Source: Octopus vulgaris
Taxonomy: Eukaryota
Assembly: GCA_951406725.2 (NCBI GenBank)
Contig: OX597825.1
Location: 34,720,001 to 34,784,000, forward strand
Length of the DNA stretch: 64,000 nt
Reading direction: 5' to 3'
Shown: piece after piece, positions 24,346-39,000 of the stretch
Position numbering within the stretch: the first letter of the stretch is position 1
How the letters are laid out: each line of letters starts with the position of its first letter
Notes under the pieces: model-generated
Database searches by the model: none
What the model saw: only the letters and a program-made list of their open reading frames with translations
Told to the model about the DNA's origin: nothing
Made by a program: the position numbers and the translations under genes

Positions 24346-26780
24346 TTAAGGTCATAATTATGGCTTATAGAAGAGGTGTTATAAAAGAAACTTTTTCCCC
24401 CCACTTCAGATACAACATTTCAAATTTATAGGAGGAATGGAGAAGGTGGAAAAGAAATAATGTTTGATATTTTTGTATTTCTTGAGGTCATTTATGTAAG
24501 TGATGTCTACAAATGTGAATTAAAACAAAGGATTTATGGGTCACAAGTTTCTATCAATCTGCATGTCCAACTGTTGTCATTTACATCATCATAATCCTTA
24601 TCATCATCATCATTGCCACTGACATATTTTGTTGGTTTTTCCAAGCTTGTATAACACTTTTATTACCACATTTCTGTTGTAATATACTGATATATGTTTC
24701 AATTAATTTTGAAAGTAATGAAGAATTTAATACAATAACTTTTGCTATTATTAAGCTGGTGGTCAGAACATATATTTACAAGCAGGTTTGATGGAAGGTT
24801 ATAAGTTACTTTAAAAATGGGCAATTTGTATCAAAGAACCATGGGCAGTTTAGTATCAAAAGGATTAAATAGCACAGGTCTTATCCAGCACAGCATTTTC
24901 CCATTTGTTGCAAACCCTTGTCATCACTGTTGTGAGGTTCCACCAACTGAAACTTCACTAACTTTCTTGTAGTAATTTGTAAATATATTTATGATAGGAC
25001 TCAGTAAAATGTAAACATGTTATCTTAGCTTTGCTTGCTATAGATATTTATTTTAGCTATATTTAAGTTCACTTAGCTGGGCCTCTCTGCAAGAAAAAGA
25101 AATATTGCAGATAGAGACTACGAACATCATAAACTTTTGTCAATCTTTTGTTTTCAAACCTGCTAGAAGCTAAACTTGTTACATCTTACACTTAAAATAT
25201 ATATATATATATAGCATTAACATTTTTGGCTAAATTTTACCTGCAACATATTTTTTGTTTTACATGGGTTTTTTAAAAATTGTTTTAGAATGCTGTTCTT
25301 ATTGTTATCTAGAATTGTAATTCCTACTGATATAAAACAACCAACTCATGCTTTATCTATTTTGTCCCATTACTACATAGCATGCATACCAACCACCTTC
25401 CCTATTGACTGCTATCAAATTTCGTCTACATAAACTTTTTACATTCATGATTATTCATACTTACAAAGTCAGTTACATGAGTGAATTACATTAAGTTAAA
25501 GCATGTGAATAAGACGAAACACAGAATCTGCATGATTTAATTTTTTGCGAGTTTCAGTTACACACACACACACACACACACAGCATTTCTGTGCTCACTT
25601 TCCATAGTGCCAAAGGTTTGGTGAGTTGTCTTGGTCCAAGTCAATTTCTCCTTCAGTGTTACTGACAGATTGGAGGACAACATCTTGCTTGTAAGTTTTA
25701 TTTTTGCCTTGGTTTCTATCTTAGAACGTCTTCTTAACTGCAACCACTTTACAGAGTGTACTAGATGCAGTTTATTGTGATACCAGCACTTGAAAGGTAT
25801 TATGTCTTCCAATAAGACTAAAAGGTCCTTTTGTCTTCACATTTTATGGAGTTTGCTCGGTTGTATTTTGTCATTGCACCAGCACTAAAGAGGTTGCTAT
25901 GTCCTTGACAAAATTGAAGGTGACCTCTCCTCACTTACAAACACATCTCTGCTCATTTATGAACCACTCTACAGTGTCCTGGGTGGATTTATAGGGGTAA
26001 ACAGCTCTAGTGGGGTTACCTAATATACTGTAAGTTTAGAGAGTCACCATTCTGTATAGTGTTTACTTGGGGCTACATGGCTCAGGGGGTGAGCAGAAAA
26101 GCGCAATGATGGATGGGAGACAGGAACATGAGTTTGATGGAAGCAACTGTGATTGGGATGAAAGAGTGTTAGAAGGGGGTGAGAAAATGAGGGATGCCAA
26201 TATCAGGTGGCTTGGAAAGGGAGGCAGTATAGATGGGGTTACAAGTGATCCCTTGTGTATATGCTTGAGATAGACAAGAGTTAGTGGAGTCAGAGGTGGT
26301 ATGTATTTCTAAACATTTAGGAATTGTGTTGTGAAAAGTATTTTATAATTGGCAACATAGAAATGTCAGGGAGTAATGTGCTAGTAGTAGTAGTAGTAGA
26401 GATGGTAAGAGAAAGAGAGGTGGTTGGAGGAAGAGGATACAGCTTGTCTGTTAACCAATGTTGGATAGAGAACTAGATGAGTGAAGGATGTGTCAGTGCA
26501 GTGTGAGCTTAAGTTTATGTCTGCCACAGGTTCTCCAACAAATCTATGAGAAAGGATTGAGTAATGTTATTTAGTCCCACGTGAGTCCTGATTGTGTAGA
26601 CCTCACAAAAATAAAACAAGTTGCAAGAGGCTGCGGTGCTACAGCTGACCCATCCAATCCATACCAGCATGGAAAAACAGTTGTAAAATAATGATAGTAA
26701 ATTGCCCTCTCCCTCCTCTTCAAAATATCCAATGCATTGTCTATGTGAAAAACTATAACTTTTTTTTCTCATTTTTCTAG

Positions 26781-27003
26781 GAGATTGTGCAAGCTTTGTG
26801 TGAAGCATTGCGCTAACTCACGAGCCATGTCTCTACAAGGTTTTAAAGCTGTGAATGAACCGATTCTGTCTTACCTCCCTGGAAGTGATGAACGGATCAG
26901 ATTAGAGGCAGCACTTGAGAAACACCAAAATCAACAAGTTGACATACCACTTGTTGTTGGAGATGAAGAGATTCGAACAAAAGACGTTCATTATCAAGTT
27001 GCA
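26781..27003 (+). CDS. ALDH4A1: ALDH4A1 exon (RLCKLCVKH...[18 protein letters not shown]...HYQVA)
   Basis: tttctag acceptor, gtaagt donor; phase 2 to 0. Confidence 0.92.
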
Positions 27004-30000
27004 GTAAGTTTAATGCTTTTACTTTTCTTCTACAATTATTATTATAAAGCAGAAATGCTATATCAAACTTAAGAATCTTAAAAAAAATGTGGAGGGTGCA
27101 TTAAATAATCTAATCAAAGATATGTGTATGAAAAGAGACAAAAAAACAAAGAGACTAGGAGGTCACAGCAGGAATGTCTTTTATCATATGCCTACTTGAT
27201 CAGGGCTGATCTGAGATTAAGCAATCAAAATTTAAGATTACAAAGCAAATTACAAAGCAGAATAGGTAAATTGTTGCCATTTTATATTTTTATTTCACGC
27301 ATGTGAATTGTTTGTTTTTGATTTTGTTGACTACACAGTAGAGTAGGGTCAATTGGGCACTGTCTGTGAGAAAAAACAGCACCATGACACAATTCACTCT
27401 GCCAGAAATTTAGAAATGACATGCTATACTGCTTGGCATATGTGCTGGAAGCTCCAGTTTGAACATTTTGCAGTGTTTGGGTGTAAATCTGAGGACATGT
27501 ACTGAGTGTCATAAAAATAAAACATCCAGTGAAAATCATGATGTTTGGCGTGATCACTAGTGATGGTGACATTATACCCCCATTCATCTTCCCACATGGC
27601 CTCTGACTCAACTTGGAGGCCTACATAAGTGCTAGGAGGAGGTAGTGCTGCCCTGGGTCAAGAGGGTGGCTGCTGGAAAACCCTATGTCTGGCAACAAGA
27701 CTCTGCACCATGCCACACAAGCAAGAGAACCCAGTCATGGCTGTCAGATAATTTCTGTGACCACATCACACCCTAACATCTGACCACCTAACTCTCCAGA
27801 CTGCAACCCCCTTGATCATTATGTGTGGGATGCAGTTGAGTGAGAGACCAATAAAACTCCTTGTAACACCAAAGATGAACTGACGGCTAGGATTATGGCA
27901 GCATTAACCAACTTAAACAAGGAGACCGTCCGGAAGAGTTACAAGAGATTCTGAAGTCATCTGAGGCTGTGGTTGAAGCCAATGGTGATCTTATTGAATA
28001 AATTTACTCTTTGATATTTCAAGATATTTTTATGTAATTTTGGTAAGTATATCTGTTAAAATGAGATGTCAGTGTTATTTTCATTTTTGTGTAATTTAGA
28101 TGACAGTTTATTCACCGCACCCTGTATATACACATTCTATTAATTAGTAAAAAATTACTCCAAAAGAAATATATCTCCACATTGGTCTGACTACATTGAT
28201 TATCATCATCATCCTCATCGTTTAACGTCAGCCTTCTATACTGGCATGGGTGGGATGGTTTGATGATCCAGCCAGGCAGAAGGTTGCACCAGACTTGTTT
28301 TGGCAGGATTTTTACAGCTGGACACCCTTCCCAAAGGGCAGCCACTCAGCAGAATGGACTTATTGCTTTTTATGTGGCACAAGCACAGGCAAGGTCAGTT
28401 TTTGGCAAGGTTTTTACAGCTGGGTGCTTTTAAGTGACACCTACACTGACAGGTTCACCAAGTACTTGCAAGACAACAAAAAAAAACAAACTCTTTTGAG
28501 AGGGGTGGGGGCATTGGAGGAGACGATCTTGTGTCAGATGATGAAAAGTTATAGTGAGGCAGAGAGACAGAAACACGTGTCTTGCTGTAGAGGAGGTACA
28601 AAGTTACTCAGTTGGTGAGAGAGAGACCAGGAATGAAGACAGAAACAGGTGCACGGATCTTTACCTTTTGACTGACAGATTTAAAAAATCATTTTTTGTA
28701 ACTAAACACTTTCAAACTTCGGACACTGGTAGAATGTGTCATATAAGATATCTTTTACTCTTAGCGTTTTTGAGAAAAGCTTATATTTAGGAAGTTATTT
28801 CATGTTAAAGTTCTCGTATTTCGGTAATTTCAACCAATCAATGACGTGTATTCAGCTGAATAAAATTACTGCTGTTGTTTGTCAATAAGAACTTCCAGCG
28901 GTGTATATTTCGTTTGTCACTGTTATTTATGACAACCCTAACCCTAAAACCATAACCCTAAAATCCTAACCCTAACACCCTAACCCTAAAACCTTAAAGC
29001 TAAAACCAGTACAAACACATGAACGATGTCATAAATAACAGTGACAAATGAAAAATACACTGCCGATAGGTGTTGTTGATAAACAACGGCAGTAATTTTA
29101 TTCAGCTGAATACACATCATTGATTGGTTGAAATTACCGAAATATGAGAACTTTAATGTGAAATAACTTCCTAAATATAAGCTTTTCTCAAAAACGCTAA
29201 GAGTAAAAGATATTTTATACGACATTCTACCAGTGTCCGAAGTTTCAAAGTGTTTAGTTACAAAAAGTTATTTTTTAAATCTGTAGGTCAAAAGGTAAAG
29301 TTCCCAGGTGCACTGCCACAAAGAAAATATATGGTTACCCAACCTGAAGGAAGTGCAGGAGAAGGAGAGAGTGGGAGACAGCAGGATAGGGTGTGTGAAA
29401 ATTTTTGTTGTTATATGTGTGGGTGGGAAAAAAAACAGTTTTAAATTTGAAAAAGAAACTGAAAACCTATCTCTTTCTTGAAAAAGGATATTTTTTCTGT
29501 TCATGTTTGTTATGTCCACTCATTTATACTCCACCAGCTTATGTTGTTGACATCATCTAATTGAACAGCATTACCACAAGGTATTGAAATTATGATGATA
29601 TTTGGTTGATAACTGACAAGGAGTTGAGCACGTCCACATCCATTGTGTGCTTTTTCTGTTTTTCCACGTTGCTTTGTCATCCTCCTGTACCACATTATTA
29701 TTATTATTTTTTATAGCTCTGATAGCATAATTTTAATACACTATGCAGCTGGTCAATACTTTGAAAACACTTCTATAGTGTCAAACAGAGCAACAACTGT
29801 GCACTAGAAATATTTCATCATCCTCAACAGTAACAAGCCAATGAGGGAATTACTACTTGGTTGCTTGATCTGCATCCAATTAGAAATAGTAGAACAATAA
29901 ATATCCCCCAAATCACATCCAACCATCTTTAAAAAAAAAAGGAAGGAAGGATGCATCTGAAGAGTAAAAACAAGATGGTCACAGAATGCTTTTAATCATT

Positions 30001-33000
30001 GGTCTACTTGAACTAAACAACAACTGCAGCAACAATTTCCAGCTATTTAATTTTTCCATGAAATTTAAATTAACCCTTTCATTACTGTATTTATTTTGAA
30101 TTGCTCTGTGTTTCTCTCAGTTATTTTAGATATAACAAAGAATTTAGTAAAATATCTTAGTTATCACTAAGCTAGTGTTAGGAACATTAATTGTGGCTAA
30201 AGGTTTGGTGGAAGATTTTAATTTAAAACTTAGGAAAACAAGACATTTGTACTACAGAGCCAGAGACGGTTTCGGCCAGGTTGGTAATGAAAGGGTTAAA
30301 GACTTTAATATTTCAAGCTGAACTTCCTATCACTAAGATACTTATTTTAAATCACTAAACCAGTGATCTTTGATATGGCAATGTGGTTAAGTAGCTTGCA
30401 TTGCAACCAAGTAGTTTTGGGTTCAGTCTCACTTTGCAGTACCTTTGGTAAATGTCTTTTGTTATAACCTCAGGCTGACCAGTGTCATTGAGTGAATTTG
30501 GTAAATGGAAACTGTATGGAAGCCCATCATGTGTGTGTGTGTATACACACACACACATCATCATCATCTGTCTTTTTCTGTTTTCTTTCTGGAATGCAAA
30601 AAATCTAAACTAATTATCCTTTCATCTTTTACAAGTATTCTTTTTTAATAAACTTGAAACTAAATACCAGAATTTATTTTTAAAAAAAATTTTTAATTAT
30701 TACTATAATAATCTCTTCTATTGTTATTTCTAGCCATTTGATCACCAGAAGAAACTTGCTAAATATTACTATGCCAATAGTGTAAGTAATATATCTTCTT
30801 CATTTTATATTTCTTTTTTAAATTCATTTCAACAATCTTGAGGTTTTTTTCTCTAATATTTTGTCAGGGATAGTCAAAGATGTAATTATCTAAATCAGAG
30901 CTACATAGTTCTTGATCTATATAAAACTGTACATTTCTTTCTTTATTTACTTTATAAACTAAAACATCATGTGTCTTTCTCAAAATAAGTACAAACAAAA
31001 TAATTATTTTTTTGTTTTTTACTGCTCAAGTTTTTGTTGTAAATGTATACTAAATAATAGAATTTATTCAAAAATAAGAAAAAAACAAAGAAATAGACGA
31101 CTGTAATTATAATTTTTCTTGAGTAATAACCATTACCAATATCCTTCACTCTGTTAATCCTTAGAACATGTCTAAAACATTTTATTAATCCTCCATCATT
31201 GGTGCTTGTATTGGATCATCTTGTTTATCCATGGTTATCCTCCAACCATAAAGCAGCCACAAGTCTGACTAATTACACAATTATTTTATTAAACTCTCCC
31301 ATCCCACTGTGTTAGAAAAGTGAGATGTTGGAAATTGTTTTACAACTGTTGGCCTTATTTTGTATAATCACTATAAGTTTCATTCATATGTCAAGTATCA
31401 GTTAATGTATCTAGGAAAGATGGCTCCTTTGTTATGGACATTTTAAACAAATACATGAACTACAAAGTTGCTTTGTCTGGCAGAATTCTGGTTTAACTCT
31501 TTAGTATTCAAACTGGCCATATCCGACTCATAATTTACCTGTTTTATCTTCAATTGACCAAATCAGACCCTACAATGTCATTCTAAAAATAAACAGTCAT
31601 ATCATCGAAATCTGATAGCTACAAGATAATGCCTGATTAATTCAAAACAATGTGATTACATAAGCACTGCATTTGACAGACTAATCTAAATGCTAAAGGG
31701 TTAAGCATCCTATACAACTCCACATAACTTTTTTACTTTTTGGAATTTTCAAAAATTTTTTTTGTGAGTATGTGTTCTGCACATGGGAATTTATATAATT
31801 ATGCATAATTTTTAATATTTTTTTTTAAACTCCCTCCCTCATAAATCCTAAAATTTCCACTCTTGAAATTCTTTTTTTCATAGTTTTAAAACACAGACAG
31901 TATGAACCTGCCATTTGTTTCTGTATATAATTAAAACATTTTAAACAAATACAGTATAATAAAGATTTTAGAGGAGCTGAGAAGAATATCTACAACTTAA
32001 TATATCATCATCATCATTGTTTAATATCCATTTTCCAATCTGGCATGGGTTGGACAGATTGATGGAAGCTGGCATGGCTAGGGACTGCAATAGGTTCCAT
32101 TGTCTTGACATGGTTTCTACAGCTGGCTGCCTCTCCTAATGCCAACCACTTTACAGTGTACTGGGTACTTTTTATGTGATACTATCACCAATGCTTTTTA
32201 TGTGGCACCATCACCAGTGCTTTCTATGTGGCACCAGCACTGACAGGGTCACCAAGTACCTTGCATGACAAAATCCCCTCAGCTGGGAGGTAGGGGAGAT
32301 TTGTTGAGAGATTTAAAGTGACAAAGGGCCTCTCGCTCAGAATGAAAGGTAGATTGTATGATGCATATGTGCAAACTGCTTTGTTACATGGCAGTGAAAC
32401 ATAGGCCGTTACTGCTGAAGGCATATGTAAGCTTGAAAGAAATGAAGCTAGTATGATCCGCAGGATGTGTAATGTCAGTGTGCACACACGACAGAGTGTA
32501 AGCTCCCTGAGAGAAATGTTGGGCATAAGAAGCATCAGATGTGGTGTGCAAGAGAGACGACTGCGCTGGTATGGTCATGTGCTGCATATGGATGAGGAAA
32601 GCTGTGTGAAGAAGTGTCAATCCCTAATGGTGGAAGGAACCTGTGGAAGAGGTAGACCCAGGAAGACATGGGATGAGGCGGTGAAGCATGACCTTCGAAT
32701 GTTGGGCTTCACAGAGGCAATGACAAAAGACAGATCTCTGGAGATATGCTGTTACTGAGAAGACCCGGCAAGTAAAGTTAGATCACACTAGTGTCACATA
32801 ACCAGCCCACTTAGAAAAGTACCTTTGGATCGTCAGGCAAAATGCCTAACTTTTCTATCAATATACTAGTGCCCTATCACACAAGTACACTGGTATCGCA
32901 CATCCTGCAGAACATACTTGCTTCGTTCTTCTCTCGTCTTCTCATGTTCTCTGCATTCAGGGTCTGTGTCTCACTACCATGTAGAATTGCTGTTCATATG

Positions 33001-36000
33001 CATGTATCATACAACCTTCCTTTCATTTGGAGAGTGAGACCTTTGGCTGGCAACAGAAGTAAAAGCTCTCTGACCTTTCTCCATTCTATTCTTATTCTAG
33101 CAATTACACAGTCAGTAAATCCTCTTCCACTGCTAATTAGGTCACATAGGTAGCAGAAATTATCTACTATTTCTACAAAGCCTTAGGAGCATATGAAGAA
33201 TTATTATTTAGGGATATATTATGCTGAGATTGATCACCTAAATTTTTATAGCATTCATGCTATGATGAGATTTTGGTCAAAATTTTAATTTGAATAAGAA
33301 GGGTCTCAGGCAAATTGGTATTAAAAGAGATAATGTTTGTTGGAAATTATCAATAATATCTAGCAGATTATTTTTGTCTTATACTAAAATCTGTTTATCT
33401 ACCTTCTCCAGGATATTATTAAGAAGGCAATTGATGTCAGCCAGAAAGCCCGTCATGATTGGGCTCGTGTACCATTTGAAGAAAAAAGTAAAATCTTTCT
33501 AAAAGCTGCTGATCTTATTAGTAATGAATACCGAATGGATCTGATGGCATCAACCATGCTGGGGCAGGTAATTGTTTTCTCTTTTTTATTTCTCTCTCTC
33601 TTTGTTATTATTATTAAAGAAATGAGCAAGGGACAGCAATCAATGTACACTAGCAAACTGTCCATGACACAGATTTATGCCAATGGGTAAATGTTGTGTA
33701 TAGAATACAATGTAACAAATGCAACAAATTCTATGTGGGTAGCACAACAAGACCGTTACACATTCGCATCAAAGAACTTCTGAACATGAGAGTCTCCTCC
33801 TTCAGAAAACATCTAGACAGATGTCGGAACACCGACAAAAGCATAACAGTCACAACTGAGGCCAATGAAAGAAATTTGGGTTATCTAAGAATTAAGGAAG
33901 CTATCCTCATAGACAGACTAGCGCCCCAAATTAACAACAGGCTGGAGGTTGGCAGTCAATGTATTATTTAGCTCCATCTGAATGCGTGTAGATTCATTTT
34001 TTCATAACATGCTCATCATGTATTATTTATAAAAAAAAAAAGAAAGGAAGAAAAAAAGAAAGCTGCATGTATAATACATAACTTAGAAGCAGTGCTACGG
34101 ATGTACCAACACACACGAGCTTGAGATATGGCCGCCCTCACTCGAGGAATTCTGGAAGGAGCTTCATGAGACCACTGCAGAGATGCTTCCGGAAAAAAAA
34201 AATTTTGGAAAACCGATTATAGCAGTGACTCTATCAATTATATCAGACCATGGATGATTAAATTATAGCAGTTATTATAGTCCATTGTTGTTAGCGCATT
34301 GTTGTGCCAGTCAAGACACATTATTTTTTATCAAATAATAACTCATTCTTGTTAGTGGTTTAAAGCCTTTAGTATACAAACAAATTAAATATTCATTTTC
34401 TATGTTATCCAGAGATTAAACATTCGAAATTTGTATTTTAAAATATTTACCAATCTAACAAAAATGGCATTTCTTTAATGATTTTATTTTTAAGATTTAC
34501 CATTTCCATCATATTCAGTTAACATCATGTAATTTCTGTTCTATTTCTTTTGTCTTCCCCAACCATCAGGGTAAAACCATCATACAGGCTGAAATAGACT
34601 GTGCTGCTGAACTAGCAGACTTTTACAGGTTTAATGTACAGTTCGGTCTGGTAAGTTGAAATGTTTTATTCTCTCTTCCAAACATTGACCAATATTACTT
34701 TCTTTCCATATATATTTTATATATCAATCACTAGCATCTTTATATCAAGTTAAAACTTATCTTAATTAACTCTTTATTTTACATCACTGTTGATTAATGC
34801 ATGAGCCAAAATATTAAAATTATTGGGATGGTCATGGCTGGAGCATCTTTGGTCTGAGATGTCCTTGTCATATGTAGTGTAAGTAAAGTGAGTTGATCTT
34901 GATAAGAAATTGTTGTTGGGTCATGGATTCATTTTATTTGGGACTAGATAAAGGTTAAGTGGTAAAGCTACCTTCTCGAATCATGCCAACTCATAAGGGC
35001 CCGTTTCCCAGCTTCATGGTTTATGAATTCCCCACCTGGACAGGATGCTGGTCTATTGCAGAATTACTAACTTTTGCCAGCTGAGTGAACTGGAGCAATA
35101 TGAAGTGAAGTGTTTTGCTCAAAAACACAATGCATTGCCTGGTCCAGGAACTGAAACCACAATCTTATGATCAGGAGTCCAACACCCTAACCACTAAGCC
35201 ACGTGTCCTGTACAATTTGGAACTGACCTCTTAGAATAACATAATTAAAACATAAGCCTTTTGCTCACTATGGGGTATAGGTTATTGATGACTTTTCTCC
35301 TCTGTTCTTCACTCTTGGGCAGTGGTTCTCAATCAGAGTCCACATGGCCCTTGGGGGTCCATATAAGATTTTGTTGTTAAAATTTATCAGCAATAAATTG
35401 CTTATACCACTACAATACACAAAATATTTTAATAATTACTTTTATATAATTTCTAATAATATTTAATTATAAAAGTATTTGACCCAGGAAGACGTGGGAT
35501 GAAGTGGTGAGAAAGGATCTACAAATGTTGGGACTCACAGTGGAGATGACAGGGGACTGAGATTCCTGGCAGTTTGTTGTGCTGGAAAAGACACATCAAG
35601 CTAAGTAAGAGCATGATCGCTTGTAATCCACTCCAGCCGAGCATCCTTAATCTTGCAGGCTTGTAAGTCTTGGTGCCATATAAAAAGCACCTGTACCAGT
35701 GTTGTGTAAAAGCACCCAGTACTCTCTGTAAAGTGGTTGGTGTTAGGGAGGGCATCCAGTCATAGGAACCATACCAAAACAGATATGGAGCCTGAACAGC
35801 CCTTCAGCTGGTCAGCTTCTGTCAAACCATCCAACCCATGCAAGCATGGAAAATAGCCGTTAAATGATGATGAATAATTTTTTTTAAACATCGAATGGCT
35901 AGGAGGGTCCATCTGAGTCAAATAGAAATCAAAGGAATCCATAGGTTAGAAATGGTTGAGAAACACTGCTGTTGTCTGTCATTTAAAGAACTTGCTCTTG

Positions 36001-39000
36001 TTGGTTTTGCTTCTGTAACTTTGCTTTTTTTACTAGGTAGGGTGTTGGCTGGTTCTTTTGGTGGTTAGAATACCATACTTGTCAGCATATACCAGGGTCA
36101 GGGAACTTTTTTAACCAATTACCCTAAAATATATTTATTTATGCTGACGTTACCCCCTTGATTTGAAAGGAAGAAAATCATAGATTCTTTGAATTCAAAA
36201 GGTTTACTGAATCTATTCATATAGAGAATACAATTATAAATATAAAAAGTATAAAACAAATGCAATAAAATGAATTAATGTCCTCATTATGAAACAAGGA
36301 TTGTTTTAGAAATTTTTCACTTCAGGTTTTGGAGAAAAGATGTTTCATTTTTGTTGCAGTTACATAAAAATTGGGGCATTTTGATGCCAGAGCAATTTGG
36401 ATACAGTCTTTAGGGTCCAATCGATTTTGTTAAAGGGTTGAATTGAATAACTACTTAAAACTATTTAAACAAAGCAAAAATGTATGTCAAAAAATAAGGT
36501 TTAGTCACTCAACAATGCTTTAGCCACCAAATTGTTTGTTGTTCAAAATGATGTGACATCTCCTAAGCACGTCCATTACATTGGACAGATGCAGTGTTGC
36601 CAGGAGAAAAATTTCTATTGTAACATGGAACACATTTCTTATATAATTTTACTTATGTCGAATGAGTCCTCATTACCTCCAAGAATTTCATTTTAACTCC
36701 TACTTGGGGTAATTTACCCCGGTTTGCTGACCCCACTATTGTGGTTTATTATATATTTTTTCATTATTGTTTCTTACTAAACCTTTAAGTTACTTCATGT
36801 CTACTCACCCCACCTCTACACCTGTTTCCCAGAACCTCCATACTTATTCCACTTGAATAGTTAGTCCACCTCTATTTTTAATCAGCGTGTATAAGTCACC
36901 CATCTCTACAGTTATGTCGTCAAATCTCTGTGCTTATCACCTACTTTATTTTCTTCTCTAGGAAATGTTCAAGTACCAACCAATCAGTCCAAGTGATGTT
37001 GAATTAAACAGAGTGCAATATCGTGGTACTGAGGTAAGTAGATTTCTCCTTCTCATCATTTATTTCTTCTCTAAAATTCTGCAGATAAAGAATAAATCAA
37101 AAAACATTATGGTATGGAGATGTAGGCTATCCTTTCAATTCAGTTCAGACTTTATATATACTAGCTGAGATACCTGGCATTGCTCGGGATTAAAATGTTA
37201 TAGTTTGTATATATTATATTACAGTTATGTTGAAACAAGTGATATGGGAAAGTGCAGCATTGGCAACAAAACATTTGTGGAGTAAATGATGGGCTAATTC
37301 GCCCAAGCAACATGCTATGCATCTGTTTGGAGTATTTCAGGTCCTAGCTTGTAGGGATTATGTAATTTTTGAATGCACCAAGAAGCTGTCAGTGGATATA
37401 CTCTCTTTTGTAGCAGTCGGCGCTGTGTCTAACACGACCCATCATCTGAAATTTTGACACCTCCTTCAGGTTTGATGCCCTACATCACTCATAAAGTAAA
37501 CTTGGAGGAACTGTGTTTGTTCATTTGTGAGTAACAGGGAACCAATGAGGTGATAGACTTGCCCTGGAACTTTGACGTCGGTGTAAATTCATGTTTAAGT
37601 ATCTTCTCAGATGTAGCAATCGATGTCGTTTGAAATGCAGAGTTGTATTGTCTGATATTGTTCAGAAAATCCTTTGACTGGATGGAAGTGCCTTCTAGAA
37701 GATCCATAAGAGGTTGAGAAGGAGCTTGTAGTGCTGGTATACGTACCTGACCGCCTGAGCAGCACATACCATTTGTTTCATTTTTTAATTTTAAAGCTCT
37801 ACAGAAACGGTAATTTGTGTTTAGCACACCAATTTGGACAGAGTTATTTTTACAAGAATGGGATGGATATCTGAAAGTAACTCCAGGAGTTGTGAAGAAC
37901 AAATTTGTACGTAGTCTGTTTCTGAGAGCTATTCTATTGGACTGCTGTCTAATCATTAAAACCTGTCATATATATATATATATATACCTATGTGTCTGTG
38001 TTTGCCTTTCTGTAACTTAGCAGTTTGGCAAAATGGACTGATAGAATGAATACCAGGCTTTAAAAAAATAAGTACTGGGATTGATTCATTCGACTAAAAC
38101 TTTAAGGTGGTGTCCCAGCATGGCTGCAGTCTAATGACTGAAAGAAGTAAAAGATAAAAGATGTGTGTGTCTGTGTCTGTCTGTCTTTGTTTAGGACTGG
38201 AAAAATATTGAATTTTAGAAGAAATTACTGTTTTTATGTTGTAATAATCTGGATTTGTCATTCCATATATTTACTGAGTGATCAAGGATAAATGGTCCAA
38301 GTCTTATTAATTTATTAGATTTTTTAGTGAAGAAACGATCATGCTCTTCTCTAGAGACATAAATACTGATGATGATGATGATTATAATGACCATGACAAC
38401 AATCATCATTACCATCATCTTCCTCATTTTAATGCTCACTTTTCCATTTAAACATAGGTTCTTGAAGTGGGTGCTACTCACCCCCTCCCCGGTGGGTATT
38501 GAGATGGTCCAGGTGGGCGCTGGTGCCTAAGGGGGTGGTAGAGAAAAAGGAGGCATTGGGAAGAAGGCTATGAATTTATCATAATATTTTTATAGTATTG
38601 TATACAAATTATATAATATTATATTAAATATCAAATGATTCATAGTATATGTTGTTGGCATTCTTTTTGTTTCAAGAGAATTGCACATAAAATAATCTAA
38701 TCCGGCTTTTATATTTCATATCCTAATACATCTCCTGCTGTGGCTGTGTAGTCCTATCCTGGACAAACACTCCCTCTGGCAGGTGCCACAAATGTAGCGA
38801 AGACTTTGCCTGGCTGGTTGTAATGTCATAGTTTCTTGTTGACGTCTTTTCTTGTCTTTCCATTTCTCCTCTCTGTCACTCCTTTGTGTTCCCTCTTTTA
38901 CGGTACGTCGCCAATCTCCACGGTTGCTGGCAACTGCTTCCCAGTTGCTAATATTGATGTCGCAGGCCTTCATGTCCCTTTTGCAAGCATCCTAATGTAT

